Assembly: GCA_944387475.1 (NCBI GenBank)
Contig: CALXFB010000001.1
Location: 27,436 to 91,435, forward strand
Reading direction: 5' to 3'
Length of the DNA stretch: 64,000 bases
Source: an uncultured Clostridia bacterium
Lineage (GTDB): Bacteria; Bacillota; Clostridia; TANB77; CAG-508
The stretch's first letter is position 1, and each line of letters begins with the position of its first letter. Under the pieces are notes generated by a model that was given only the letters and a program-made list of their open reading frames with translations, had not been told where the DNA came from and ran no database searches. Below, one piece after another: positions 20,413 to 30,908 of the stretch. Position numbers and translations under genes: made by a program.

Positions 20413-20440
20413 TTGACATTCTTTTTTTTGATGTTACAAT
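20413..20440 (+). promoter_or_regulatory. sigma-A promoter with extended -10
   Basis: TTGACA (20413-18), 16-nt spacer ending in TGT, TACAAT (20435-40). Confidence 0.6.
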
Positions 20441-20446
20441 TAATAT

Positions 20447-20560
20447 ACCAGAAGGGAATAACCCTTCGTTCGGTCGATAGCTGGATACTGATTTTCATTA
20501 ATTAAACGTATGTTAAGTACGTCAGTCTAGTTGGGAGGAGAGTTTAGGCTCTCTTTTCTT
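20447..20560 (+). ncRNA. candidate ~110-nt small RNA of unknown class
   Basis: It sits between a strong promoter and a weak terminator (AGGAGAG-tttagg-CTCTCTT + TCTTTT). Internal hairpins are GAAGGG-aataa-CCCTTC and ACTGA...CGTA-tgttaag-TACGTCAGT. No plausible ORF or RBS. Confidence 0.35.
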
Positions 20561-20687
20561 TTAAGGCAAATTTATTTTTTAATAAAAGAATAAAAACTTT
20601 TAAAAAAGTACTTGACAATAAAAATTTTTAGTATAAAATAGTCGTTGGTAGAATAAATTAAAAAAGATTATAAAAATATATTATTGT

Positions 20688-20810
20688 TAAAAGGGAGTAG
20701 CTTTAAATTACTAATCAACAGTCGCGATTTAAAAATCTGGTTAGTAAGCTAAAAAAATTTAGTTAGCAAGACTTTTAAAAAGAATTTTATCTTTTTAGAA
20801 GTCTTTTTTC
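20688..20810 (+). promoter_or_regulatory. yybP-ykoY (Mn2+) riboswitch with terminator/expression platform, leader of the P-type ATPase
   Basis: Promoter TTGACA...TATAAAAT near 20613-20641. The aptamer has the two conserved loops AAAGGGAGTAGC (5') and TTAGCAAGAC (3'), closed by P1 AAAAG/CTTTT. Then AAGACTTTTAAAAAG...CTTTTTAGAAGTCTT + TTTTT. Confidence 0.7.
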
Positions 20811-20876
20811 ATTTTTTCTTGTTAAAAATAAGAAAAAGTGTAATAATAAAAAAGAAAGTAAAAAATAAAAAAAGGA

Positions 20877-23612
20877 GTGGTATTTTTGGAACAAAATAAC
20901 TGGTTTAACAAAGAGGTAGAAGAGGTAGAAAAAGAACTTGAAACAGATTTAAATAAAGGACTAAATAGTGATGAAGTTCAAAAAAGAAAAGAAAAATATG
21001 GATTAAATGAATTAAAAGCAAAAAAGAAAAAATCTTTATTTCAGAAATTTTTAGATCAGTTTAAAGATTTTTCTATAATAGTATTAATAATTGCAGCAAT
21101 AGTATCAGGAGTAGTAGGTGTAGCAGAAGGAGAAGGTGTAACAGACACAATTATCATATTAATAGTTGTAATTGTAAATGCAATAATAGGAGTAACTCAA
21201 GAAGCAAAAGCAGAAAAATCATTAGAGGCACTTCAAAAATTAACAGACCATGCATCTAAAGTAATAAGAAATGGAGAAGTAACAGTAGTACCTGCTAAAG
21301 AATTAGTACCAGGAGATATTGTAGTATTAGACACAGGAGATTACATACCAGCAGACTTAAGAATAATAGAAGCGGTAAACTTAAAATCACAAGAGGCATC
21401 TTTAACAGGAGAATCAGTACCAGTAGAAAAAAATGCTGGAAAAATTGAAGATAAAGAAGTTGGGCTTGGAGATAGATTAAATATGTTATTTTCATCAAGT
21501 TTAGTTACTTATGGTAGAGGAAAAGGAATAGTAGTAGAAACAGGAATGACAACAGAAGTAGGAAAAATAGCAGGAATGCTTGATAACACAGAAGAACAAA
21601 TAACACCTCTTCAAGAAAAACTAAATAAACTTGGAAAAACATTAGGAATAGCAGCATTAGCTATATGTGTTGTAATATTTATAATAGGTTTATTACAGGG
21701 AAAAGAACCAATCCATATGTTCATGACAGCAGTATCATTAGCAGTTGCAGCAATACCAGAAGGGCTAGTTGCAGTATCAACAATAGTTTTAGCAATTGGT
21801 GTACAAAAAATGGTTAAGAAAAATGCAATTGTAAAAAGATTACCAGCAGTAGAAACATTAGGAAGTTCAACTGTTATATGTTCAGATAAAACAGGAACAT
21901 TAACTAAAAATCAAATGACAGTAGAAAAAATATTTATAAATGGAAAGACTAAAGATGTAGAAGAATATAAAGAAAGTAAAGAAACAGATTTAGAAAAACT
22001 AGTTTTAGCAAATATGTTATGTAATGACACAAAAATCTCAAATGATGGAACTCTAACAGGAGACCCAACAGAAACAGCATTAGTAGATATGGGATTTAAA
22101 TTAGATTATAAACAAAGTATTTATGAGCAAATGCCACGTATAGGTGAAGTACCATTTGATTCAGATAGAAAATTAATGACAACTATAAATGAACAAAATG
22201 GAAAATATATAGTTTATACAAAAGGTGGAGTAGATGAATTACTTGCTAAATGTAATAGTTATTTATTAAATGGGGAAATAAAACAAGATTTAGAAACATA
22301 TGCTAAAATTGTAAGAAAACACAATGAAGAAATGGCAAAAGAAGCATTAAGAGTGCTTTCTTGTGGATATAAAGAATTAGATCATAAACCAACAGATGAT
22401 GAGATTAAAAATATAGAAAATGATTTAATATTTGTTGGTATGGTAGGTATGATAGATCCACCAAGAGAAGAAGCTAAAAAAGCAGTTGAAAAATGTAAAA
22501 CAGCAGGAATAAAAACTGTTATGATAACAGGAGACCATAAGGTTACAGCAGCAGCTATTGCAAAACAATTGGGAATTTTAGAAAATGAAAATGAGGCAAT
22601 AACTGGTCAAGAATTAGAAAAGATGTCAGATGAAGATTTAGAGAAAAATGTAAGGCAATATTCAGTATATGCAAGAGTATCACCAGAACACAAAGTAAGA
22701 ATAGTTAGAGCTTGGCAAAAAAACGGAGAAATTGTTGCAATGACAGGTGATGGTGTAAATGATAGCCCAGCTTTAAAACAAGCAAATATTGGTTGTGCAA
22801 TGGGTATGGTAGGAACTGATGTTGCAAAAGAGGCAGCAGATGTAATTTTAACAGATGATAATTTTGCAACAATAGTATCAGCAGTAGAAGAAGGAAGACG
22901 TATTTATGATAATATATTAAAAGTAATACAATTCTTACTTTCAAGTAATGTTGGTGAAATAGTAGTATTATTTTTGGCAACATTATTTACACCACTATTT
23001 GCTAAATGGTTCGGAATATCAGATATAGGGCATTTAGAAATATTACTTCCAATTCATATATTATGGATAAATTTAGTAACAGACTCACTTCCTGCTTTAG
23101 CATTAGCATTTGATCCAGCAAATAGAGATATAATGAATAGAAAACCTAATAAACCAGGAAAAGGAGTATTTACAAAAGGAATGACATTTAGAGTTATATA
23201 CCAAGGTGTTATGATAGGTTTACTTACTTTAGGAGCATTTATGATAGGGTTAGCTACTACTACTGAAGCCATAGATGGTTTAACACTAGATGAATCAAAA
23301 ATAGAAGTAGGTCAAACAATGGCATTTGTAACTTTAGCACTTTCAGAACTTGTACATGTGTTTAATGTGAGAAATAATAAAATGTCAGTATTTAAAACAG
23401 GAATATTAAATAATAAAAAATTATTATTAGCAGTTGGAGTGTCAGCACTTTTAATGATAATTATACTTGCAATACCAGCATTAAGAACTATATTTAGTAT
23501 ACCACTTCTTCCAACAGAAAATATTATAGAGCTTGTTTTATTAATACTTGCACCACTTGTAATTGTTGAATTGTTTAAACTATTTAAAATAAATACAACA
23601 AAAGAAGAATAA
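20877..23612 (+). CDS. P-type (P2A, SERCA/YloB-like) cation-transporting ATPase, likely a Ca2+/Mn2+ exporter
   Basis: 911 aa. ICSDKTGTLT (phospho-Asp), MITGDH, TGDGVNDSPALKQANIG, 10 TM helices. Confidence 0.9.
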   Translation: MVFLEQNNWFNKEVEEVEKELETDLNKGLNSDEVQKRKEKYGLNELKAKKKKSLFQKFLDQFKDFSIIVLIIAAIVSGVVGVAEGEGVTDTIIILIVVIVNAIIGVTQEAKAEKSLEALQKLTDHASKVIRNGEVTVVPAKELVPGDIVVLDTGDYIPADLRIIEAVNLKSQEASLTGESVPVEKNAGKIEDKEVGLGDRLNMLFSSSLVTYGRGKGIVVETGMTTEVGKIAGMLDNTEEQITPLQEKLNKLGKTLGIAALAICVVIFIIGLLQGKEPIHMFMTAVSLAVAAIPEGLVAVSTIVLAIGVQKMVKKNAIVKRLPAVETLGSSTVICSDKTGTLTKNQMTVEKIFINGKTKDVEEYKESKETDLEKLVLANMLCNDTKISNDGTLTGDPTETALVDMGFKLDYKQSIYEQMPRIGEVPFDSDRKLMTTINEQNGKYIVYTKGGVDELLAKCNSYLLNGEIKQDLETYAKIVRKHNEEMAKEALRVLSCGYKELDHKPTDDEIKNIENDLIFVGMVGMIDPPREEAKKAVEKCKTAGIKTVMITGDHKVTAAAIAKQLGILENENEAITGQELEKMSDEDLEKNVRQYSVYARVSPEHKVRIVRAWQKNGEIVAMTGDGVNDSPALKQANIGCAMGMVGTDVAKEAADVILTDDNFATIVSAVEEGRRIYDNILKVIQFLLSSNVGEIVVLFLATLFTPLFAKWFGISDIGHLEILLPIHILWINLVTDSLPALALAFDPANRDIMNRKPNKPGKGVFTKGMTFRVIYQGVMIGLLTLGAFMIGLATTTEAIDGLTLDESKIEVGQTMAFVTLALSELVHVFNVRNNKMSVFKTGILNNKKLLLAVGVSALLMIIILAIPALRTIFSIPLLPTENIIELVLLILAPLVIVELFKLFKINTTKEE

Positions 23613-23648
23613 TAAAATTAAAAAAAGATAAAATAGTAAAATAGTAAA

Positions 23649-23683
23649 ATAGAAAGAAACATTGTAGTTTTCTTTCTATTTTT
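23649..23683 (+). terminator. rho-independent terminator
   Basis: ATAGAAAGAAA-cattgtag-TTTCTTTCTAT + TTTT. Confidence 0.7.
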
Positions 23684-23692
23684 GCTTGATTT

Positions 23693-24271
23693 TTATTTTC
23701 TCTTTGCAATAACATTGTAAATATCCCAGTGTTTTAATTTGTTAAGAGCGGTGTAGCTGTCTTTTTCAATATGGTTAAATTCTATTATTTCAAAATCTTT
23801 AAATAAATTTAATACTTGTTCTTTAGATAAAAATACCATATGTTTTTTAGTTTCTTTCCATGTGTCATTTAGTCCAAAAAAATTACCAACAAAATAACCA
23901 TTTTTTACAATGCAATTAACAATTTCATTCCAGAATTTATTAAAATAATCTTTATTACAAAAAGGTATACTAAAATTTGCAACTAATAAATTAGTTTTTT
24001 CTAAACTAATATTTTCAAAAGATTGAAGGCTAAATCTAAAGTTTTCTAACTCTTTAGCATTTAATTTATTTTTAATAATTTCTTTTGTGTTTTTTCTATC
24101 TATTGCTAAAACATTCCAACCATTTTTAATTAAGAAAATTGTGTCTCTACCAGCACCACAACCTAAATCAATAGCATTTTTAGGTTTAATATTCATATTT
24201 ATAAATTTTTTAATTAAAAGGTGTGGTGGAGAATTTTTAGTGTTTTCGTAATATTTATTAATATTTTCCAT
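23693..24271 (-). CDS. class I SAM-dependent methyltransferase (TehB-like)
   Basis: 192 aa. Motif I is AIDLGCGAGRDTIFL. Confidence 0.7.
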   Translation of the reverse strand: MENINKYYENTKNSPPHLLIKKFINMNIKPKNAIDLGCGAGRDTIFLIKNGWNVLAIDRKNTKEIIKNKLNAKELENFRFSLQSFENISLEKTNLLVANFSIPFCNKDYFNKFWNEIVNCIVKNGYFVGNFFGLNDTWKETKKHMVFLSKEQVLNLFKDFEIIEFNHIEKDSYTALNKLKHWDIYNVIAKRK

Positions 24272-24437
24272 AAGTTTTAAATCCTTTTATAATTTTTATA
24301 TTTATTATATCATGTTTTATTAAAAACAAATAATTATTTTAAAATTTTACATGAATTTTAAGTGAATTATCTTTTAAAAAATATTTTTGTATGATATAAT
24401 TTTCTATATAAAAAACCTTTAAGTGAGGTGGTAAAAA

Positions 24438-25139
24438 ATGGCATATATAGAATTTAGAAATGTAAATAAAATTTATGAAATGGGAGAAATAGAAATAAAA
24501 GCATTAAATAACACTAATTTTGAGATTGATGAAGGAGAATTAGTGGTAATAGTAGGTCCATCAGGAGCAGGAAAAACAACGGCATTAAATATATTAGGAG
24601 GAATGGATACAGCAACATCAGGAAAAGTTATAGTAGATGGGAAAAATGTTGCTAATTTAAAAAATAAAGATTTAATTACATATAGAAGAAATGATATAGG
24701 TTTTGTATTTCAATTTTATAATTTAGTACAAAATTTAACAGCAAGAGAAAATGTAGAGCTTGCAACACAAATCTGTAAAAAATCATTAGAGCCAGAAATG
24801 GTATTAGAAAAAGTTAGATTAAAAGACAGAATGGATAACTTTCCATCACAATTATCAGGAGGGGAACAACAAAGAGTTGCAATAGCAAGAGCAATTGCTA
24901 AAAATCCAAAATTATTATTATGTGATGAGCCTACAGGAGCTTTAGATTATAAAACAGGAAAACAAATATTAAAATTATTACAAGATACAGCAAGAAAAGA
25001 GAAGATGACAGTTTTAATAATAACACATAATGGAGCTATTTCGCCAATGGCAGATAAAGTAATACATTTTAAAAATGGAACAGTAGAAAATATAGAAATA
25101 AACGAAAATCCAAAACCAGTAGAAGAAATAGAATGGTAG
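24438..25139 (+). CDS. ABC transporter ATP-binding protein (MacB/FtsE-like)
   Basis: Walker [10 protein letters not shown], signature [14 protein letters not shown], Walker [13 protein letters not shown]. Confidence 0.9.
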   Translation: MAYIEFRNVNKIYEMGEIEIKALNNTNFEIDEGELVVIVGPSGAGKTTALNILGGMDTATSGKVIVDGKNVANLKNKDLITYRRNDIGFVFQFYNLVQNLTARENVELATQICKKSLEPEMVLEKVRLKDRMDNFPSQLSGGEQQRVAIARAIAKNPKLLLCDEPTGALDYKTGKQILKLLQDTARKEKMTVLIITHNGAISPMADKVIHFKNGTVENIEINENPKPVEEIEW

Positions 25140-25142
25140 ATG

Positions 25143-25184
25143 TGTCCCAAAAGCGACATAAATGTCAGCAAAGGAAACGTCCCC
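25143..25184 (+). repeat. family-B repeat copy 1, between the ABC ATPase stop and the permease RBS
   Basis: TGTCCCAAAAGCGACATAAATGTCAGCAAAGGAAACGTCCCC. It is near-identical to the reverse complement of 52681-52721. Confidence 0.75.
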
Positions 25185-25198
25185 GGAGGTGAGGTTTT

Positions 25199-28100
25199 AT
25201 GAAAAAGGCACTTATGAAAGATAGTATAAAAGAAATTAAAAATACGTATAGAAGGTTTTTATCAATATTGTTAATGGCCTTTTTAGGCGTAGGTTTTTTT
25301 GCTGGAGTAAGAGCAACTTCACCAGATATGGTAGACACAATGGATAAATATTATGATAATCAAAATGTATATGATATTCAAATAATGTCAACATTAGGAT
25401 TAACAGATAGTGATATAGAAGAAATATCAAAAATAGAAAATGTGGAAAATGTTATTGGGACTTATGAAACAGATGGTAAAGTAGAAATAGATAATAGTGA
25501 AAAAATTGTTAAACTAATGTGTATACAAGATGTAAATAAGGTACAATTGTTAGATGGAAAGTTACCTGAAAATGAGGAAGAATGTGTTGTAGAACCTAAT
25601 TTTTTAACACAAAACAGTAAAAAGATTGGTGATACAATAGATATAGAAATAGAAAATACTAAAAATTCTGATGGGGAAGAAATTGAGTATTTAAAACAAA
25701 AAAACATGAAAATTGTAGGTACTATTATAAGTCCACTTTATATTTCAAATGACAGAGGAAGTAGTTCATTAGGTGCTGGAAAAGTAAATTATTATATTTA
25801 TATAAATAAAGAAAATGTAAATGCAAAAGATGTTTATACAAATATATATGTTAAAGTAAAAGGTGCAAATGAGCTTAAAACTTCAAGTGATAAATATAAA
25901 GATTTAATTTCAGATGTAAAGACTAAAATAGAAGATATAAAAGATGATAGAGAAAATGCAAGGCAAGAGGAATTAATAAATTCAGCAACTGAAAAACTAA
26001 ATGATGCACAAGCAGAATTTGATAATAAAAAGAAAGAGGCAGAAGAAGAGATTGCAAATGCAGAAGCGGAAATTAATGATGCAAAAAAACAAATAGAAGA
26101 TGGTAAAAAAGAAATTTCAGATAATGAGAAAAAAGCAAATAAAGAGTTTACAAGTGCGGAGAAACAAATAGAAGAGGCAAAAAGTGAGATAAGTCAAAAT
26201 GAGACTACTTTAAATGAAAAAGAAGAGGAAGCAAATAAACAATTTAATGAATTAGAAAAGCAAAAAGAAGAATTAAATGTTAAATTATCAATGGTAAACA
26301 AACTAATAGATACAGCATATGAAACATATAATGGGATTTTAGATGCACTAAAAAATCCTAATTTAGATGATAATACTTTGGAGTCTTTGTTAGGTCAAAA
26401 GATAGCTGCAGAAGAACAAATTAAAATCTTAGAAGATAATAAAAATAGTATATTATTAGGAATTACACAAATAGATAACGGGATAAATAGTGGAAAACAA
26501 GAAATTGAAAATGGAAAAAAACAATTAGAACAAGCAAAACAAGAAATAGAAAAACAAGAAAAAAAATTAAATACTACTAAAAATTCTACATTAAAACAAA
26601 TAAAAGATGCAAAAGATAAAATAACAAGTTCTGAAGAAGAACTAAAACAAGGAGAAGATGAGTTAAATACTAAAAAACAGGAAGTACAAGAGAAATTAAA
26701 TGATGCTGAAAAAGAATTAATAGATGCAAAAGATGAAATAGCAAAAATAGAAAAACCAACATGGTATGTTTTAGATAGAGAACAAAATAGTGGTTATGCA
26801 AGTTTTATACAAGACACTGAGAGTGTTGCAAATATTGGTAAAGTATTCCCGATTGTGTTTTTCATAGTTGCAACTTTAATATCATTAACATCAATGACAA
26901 GAATGGTAGAAGAACAACGTACCCAATTAGGTACTTTAAAAGCATTAGGATATAATAAAATACAAATTGCTGGAAAATATGTACTTTATGCAAGTTTAGC
27001 ATCTGTAATAGGTGGAATACTTGGAATGGGTGTAGGTTTTGTTTTAATTCCTAAAGTAATATGGATGATGTATGATACAATGTATGAAATTGGTGATATA
27101 CATTTAAGTTTTAACTGGGCATATGGTACAATTGGATTAGAATTAATATTTATTTGTATAGTAGGTGCTACTATATATGCTGTTGTAAGAGAGTTAAGAA
27201 ATACACCAGCAATACTTATGAGACCAAAAGCTCCTAAAATTGGAAAGAGAGTTTTACTTGAAAAAATACCATTTATATGGAATAAACTTAGTTTTTCAAG
27301 GAAAGTAACTGTAAGGAATATATTTAGATATAAGAAAAGGTTTTTAATGACAATAATAGGAATTTTAGGTTGTACAGCTTTAATACTTACTGGTTTTGGT
27401 CTAAAAGACTCTATTAGTAGGCTTATGCCTGACCAATATGAGCATGTTTTTAATTATGATGTTCAAGTAAGTTTAAAAGAAGGTTTAGAAAATAACAAAA
27501 TAGATGAATTAAAAAAAGATTTAGAGAAAAAAGATGATATAACAAAGGTTGTAAAAACATATATGTCATCTGCTACTGCTATAAATAATGGAATAGAGGA
27601 AGATGTACAAATAATAGTTCCTGAGGATAAAAATTCTTTAGATGAAGTAATTAATCTATATGATTTAGAAACTAAAGAAAAAATAGTATTAGATGATAAT
27701 AAAATAGCCTTAACAGATAAAGTATCAGAACTTTTAGGAGTAGGTGTTGGAGATAAGATAATTTTAAGAGATAGTGATGATGAAGAAGTTGAAGTTACAA
27801 TTTCTAATATTGTAGAAAACTATGTATATCATTATGTGTATATGTCTAAAAGTTTATATGAAACACTTTATAACAAAGATTTTGAAACAAATATATTATT
27901 AGTTAAAGGAAACAATTTAGAAGAAGAAAAGCAAGAGGTTTTAGCTAAAGAATTAATGGGGTATAATGAAATATCTTCAGTTTCATTAATATCAGACTCA
28001 GTAAAAATAATGGATGAAGCAATGGCATCTTTAAATTATGTTGTTGTAGTTTTAATAGTATCAGCAGGTCTTCTTGCATTTGTTGTTTTATATAATTTAT

Positions 28101-28433
28101 CAAATGTAAATATTTCAGAAAGAATAAGAGAACTTGCAACAATAAAAGTATTAGGTTTTTATGATAGAGAAGTTTATGATTATGTAACAAGAGAAACAAT
28201 ACTTTTAACACTAATTGGAATTGTTTTTGGATTAGTCCGGAGGATATTTCTTAAATTACTTTATTATAGGTACATGTGAGATAAATATGCTTAGGTTTCA
28301 TAAAACAGTAGAACCTTTAAGTTATTTGTATTCAATATTAATTACAATTGCATTTACTTTAATTGTTAATTTTGCTACATATTTTGCTTTAAAGAAAATT
28401 GATATGATAGAGAGTTTAAAAAGTGTTGAATAA
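25199..28433 (+). CDS. FtsX-family ABC transporter permease with a long coiled-coil extracytoplasmic insert; needs a +1 shift at CGG 28238-28240
   Basis: The 0 frame ends ...GIVFGLVRRIFLKLLYYRYM*. Skipping C28238 gives ...GIVFGLVGGYFLNYFIIGTCEINMLRFHKTVEPLSYLYSILITIAFTLIVNFATYFALKKIDMIESLKSVE* (last FtsX TM helices), ending at TAA 28431-28433. Confidence 0.85.
28238..28240 (+). other. in-frame CGG at a +1 frameshift site (GTC CGG A -> GTC [C] GGA)
   Basis: 25199 and 28238 are in the same frame. The continuation is open for 64 codons in +1. Confidence 0.85.
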
Positions 28434-28463
28434 TATGAAAATAAGTGGTAAGTTTTTTGCCAC

Positions 28464-28730
28464 TTATTTATAAATTTCTTTTCTGTGTCCTATTTCCAAA
28501 ACAAGAATTATTACTTCATTATCTTGTATTTCGCATATAATTCTATAGTCTCCGACTCTATATCTCCATTGTCCAGATTTATTTTCAACTAATCCTTTAC
28601 CATGTATTCGAGGATTTTCACAATTTTGAATGTTTTTTTCTAACCAACCCAAAATAAGAGAAGATATATGTTTATCTAATTTTTTTAATTGTTTTTTTGC
28701 TTTTTCTGTAAATACTACTTGATATTTCAT
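28464..28730 (-). CDS. relE: type II toxin, RelE/ParE superfamily
   Basis: 88 aa. WRYRVGDYRIICEIQDNEVIILVLEIGHRKEIY. It overlaps the upstream antitoxin gene by 4 nt. Confidence 0.8.
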   Translation of the reverse strand: MKYQVVFTEKAKKQLKKLDKHISSLILGWLEKNIQNCENPRIHGKGLVENKSGQWRYRVGDYRIICEIQDNEVIILVLEIGHRKEIYK

Positions 28731-28957
28731 TCTAACCCCAACTCCTTTTTTACTTCGTCTAATGTATAAGTTTTAGGGTTTTTCTTATAATCTTTTATTG
28801 CTGATTCATAACATTTTAAATCGTATTCGTCTTCTATTTTTTCTAATAATGCAGTTCTAATTAAATCAGATAAAGAAATATTATTCATTTTTGCATATGT
28901 TTTTATCAATTTTGAATCTTTATCATCTAATCTTACTGAAATAGTCATAATTATCAC
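28727..28957 (-). CDS. type II antitoxin (ribbon-helix-helix, RelB/DUF6290-like)
   Basis: 76 aa. ISVRLDDKDSKLIKTYAKMNNISLSDLIRTALLEKIEDEYD. Confidence 0.7.
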   Translation of the reverse strand: MIIMTISVRLDDKDSKLIKTYAKMNNISLSDLIRTALLEKIEDEYDLKCYESAIKDYKKNPKTYTLDEVKKELGLE

Positions 28958-29432
28958 TTCCTTTCTATATTTATTGTACTACATTGTATTACATTTGTCA
29001 ATGTTATTATATTATTATTTCCGATAAATTGTGATAATATATATTTTGAAATTATTTTTCATAATTTAAAAAAGATAATGTAACAAAAATGTAATATAAA
29101 AAATAAGAAAAAAGTATTTACAAATAAGCTATTTACATGTAAAATTACAACATAGAATATAAAACTAAGGAAAAGGAAGATAATTATGAACAAACAAGAG
29201 CTTAGAACCCTTGAGGCTGTATATATATATATAAAAGTAGGTTATTAGAAAAAGAAAATAAAGAAATGAATAGAATAAATATAGATAATAAGATAACAGT
29301 GAAACCTAAAAATATAAAAATTTAGGTTTTCTATTGTTATCTTTTTTTGTTGTTTTTAAAGTTTTATAAATAAAAAGAACAAAGAATGAGGGACAAAAGC
29401 AAAATAAAAGAATAAAAGGAGGAAGAGGAAAG

Positions 29433-30821
29433 ATGCAAGACAAAAGAATAATTGAAGAAAGGAGAATTTATAAAATGAAACAAAAAGAAATTAAAAAATT
29501 AAACAACAAAGGTATTACATTAATTGCACTTGTCATTACGATAATTGTTTTGCTGATTTTAGCTGGTGTTTCAATAGCAATGCTAACAGGAGAAAATGGA
29601 ATTTTAACACAAGCTCAAAGAGCAAAAGAACAGACAAGTGTTGCTGAAGAAAAAGAATTAATTGCACTAGCATATAATGCAGCAGTAACAAAAAAACAAA
29701 GTACAGATGTAGAAGCAAAGGATTTAAATGATGAATTTGAAGCAAGTGATGTAAATGCAGAGGCAAGTGGAAATATAATAGTATATTTCAAAGATACTCA
29801 AAGATATTATACTGTTGAAAATGGAGTTGTAGAAGGACCAACTACTGAAAAGCCTGAAACAGCATTAACCTTAGTTGCAATGTTTGAAAATGGAGAAACT
29901 TGTGATAAAAAAGACGGAACTTGTACAGATGAAACACATTTGCATATTGGTGACTATGTAAATTATAACCCAGGAACTTCTGGAAGTTATACAAGTACAG
30001 GTGCAAATACAGGAATGGAACAAAATGGTAGTGGATTTCCGGATGAAATAAAAAATCAAGTATTTAAAGTAGATAATTCAACTACTTGGAGAGTTTTAGG
30101 AACTGAAGGCGAAGGAAGTAATAAACATATATTATTAGTAAGTGGTAGTCCAATAAAAAAAGAAACAACATCAAATGATCCATATTATTATTTATATAGT
30201 GCTTGGGGTTATAAAAATGCGGAAACAGAATTAAATAATATTTGTGCTATATATGGAAAAGGAAAAGGTGCAGAAAGTGCAAGAAGTTTAACAGCAGAAG
30301 ATATTAACAAAATTTGTGGAGTAACAGTAGTAAGTGAAACAGAAATAAAACCAGATGGAGTAAGCGAAGATAGTAGTTATGGACAAACTCATAGTTATAC
30401 AAATCAATTTGCAAATGAAGATGATTTTATAGCAGGAACTAGAAGCGATTTTACTAAAACATCAGATGCTTATTATTATAGTGGTGATAACTCAGCTTTA
30501 GTTACAGCAACTAATAAAAGGCTTTATGATATGATTTTCTATCTAAGTGGAAATGAGCAATATAAAAAAGAATACTGGCTGGCTTCTCGCGGTGTCGGCA
30601 CCGTTTCTGGCTATTGCATCTTCGATGTTGGAGCAGTCTTTGAGGGTGCTGCAGGACCTGAAGGTTACTACTTGTTTGCCTCTGATGGCAACGAGGACTT
30701 GCGCAGTTATGCCGTTCGCCCCGTAGTTTCTCTGGAATCTAATGTCTCAATAGATACAATACAAAAAATAGAAGATCAGCAAGAGGAAGATTGGTCTATT
30801 TATGAAAGAACACCTATATAA
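29433..30821 (+). CDS. DGR target protein: prepilin-like N-terminal leader/TM and a C-terminal lectin-fold (DUF1566-like) variable domain (alternative start ATG 29475)
   Basis: KGITLIALVITIIVLLILAGV resembles a prepilin-type leader. The C-terminus WLASRGVGTVSGYCIFDVGAVFEGAAGPEGYYLFASDGNEDLRSYAVRPVVSL carries the VR. Confidence 0.75.
   Translation: MQDKRIIEERRIYKMKQKEIKKLNNKGITLIALVITIIVLLILAGVSIAMLTGENGILTQAQRAKEQTSVAEEKELIALAYNAAVTKKQSTDVEAKDLNDEFEASDVNAEASGNIIVYFKDTQRYYTVENGVVEGPTTEKPETALTLVAMFENGETCDKKDGTCTDETHLHIGDYVNYNPGTSGSYTSTGANTGMEQNGSGFPDEIKNQVFKVDNSTTWRVLGTEGEGSNKHILLVSGSPIKKETTSNDPYYYLYSAWGYKNAETELNNICAIYGKGKGAESARSLTAEDINKICGVTVVSETEIKPDGVSEDSSYGQTHSYTNQFANEDDFIAGTRSDFTKTSDAYYYSGDNSALVTATNKRLYDMIFYLSGNEQYKKEYWLASRGVGTVSGYCIFDVGAVFEGAAGPEGYYLFASDGNEDLRSYAVRPVVSLESNVSIDTIQKIEDQQEEDWSIYERTPI
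30576..30731 (+). repeat. DGR variable repeat (VR)
   Basis: 156 bp that aligns without gaps to 30909-31064. Markedly more GC-rich than the surroundings. 18 differences, 16 of them opposite TR adenines. Confidence 0.85.
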
Positions 30822-30854
30822 AATCACAAGAAGGCCTGGTGTCTTCTTGTGATT
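30822..30854 (+). terminator. hairpin after the DGR target gene
   Basis: AATCACAAGAAG-gcctggtgt-CTTCTTGTGATT + TT, directly after the stop codon. Confidence 0.6.
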
Positions 30855-30908
30855 TTGAAAATTTTGGCAAAGTTTAATTATATATACTTTGTAGGGTATG
30901 GTTGTAGG

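Noticed and set aside
20447-20560. The candidate small RNA as SRP (4.5S/scRNA) or 6S RNA.
   Set aside because: It lacks the conserved SRP domain IV sequence (GGAA...AGCAGC context), and it is too short and structurally unlike 6S. It is left as an unknown class at low confidence.
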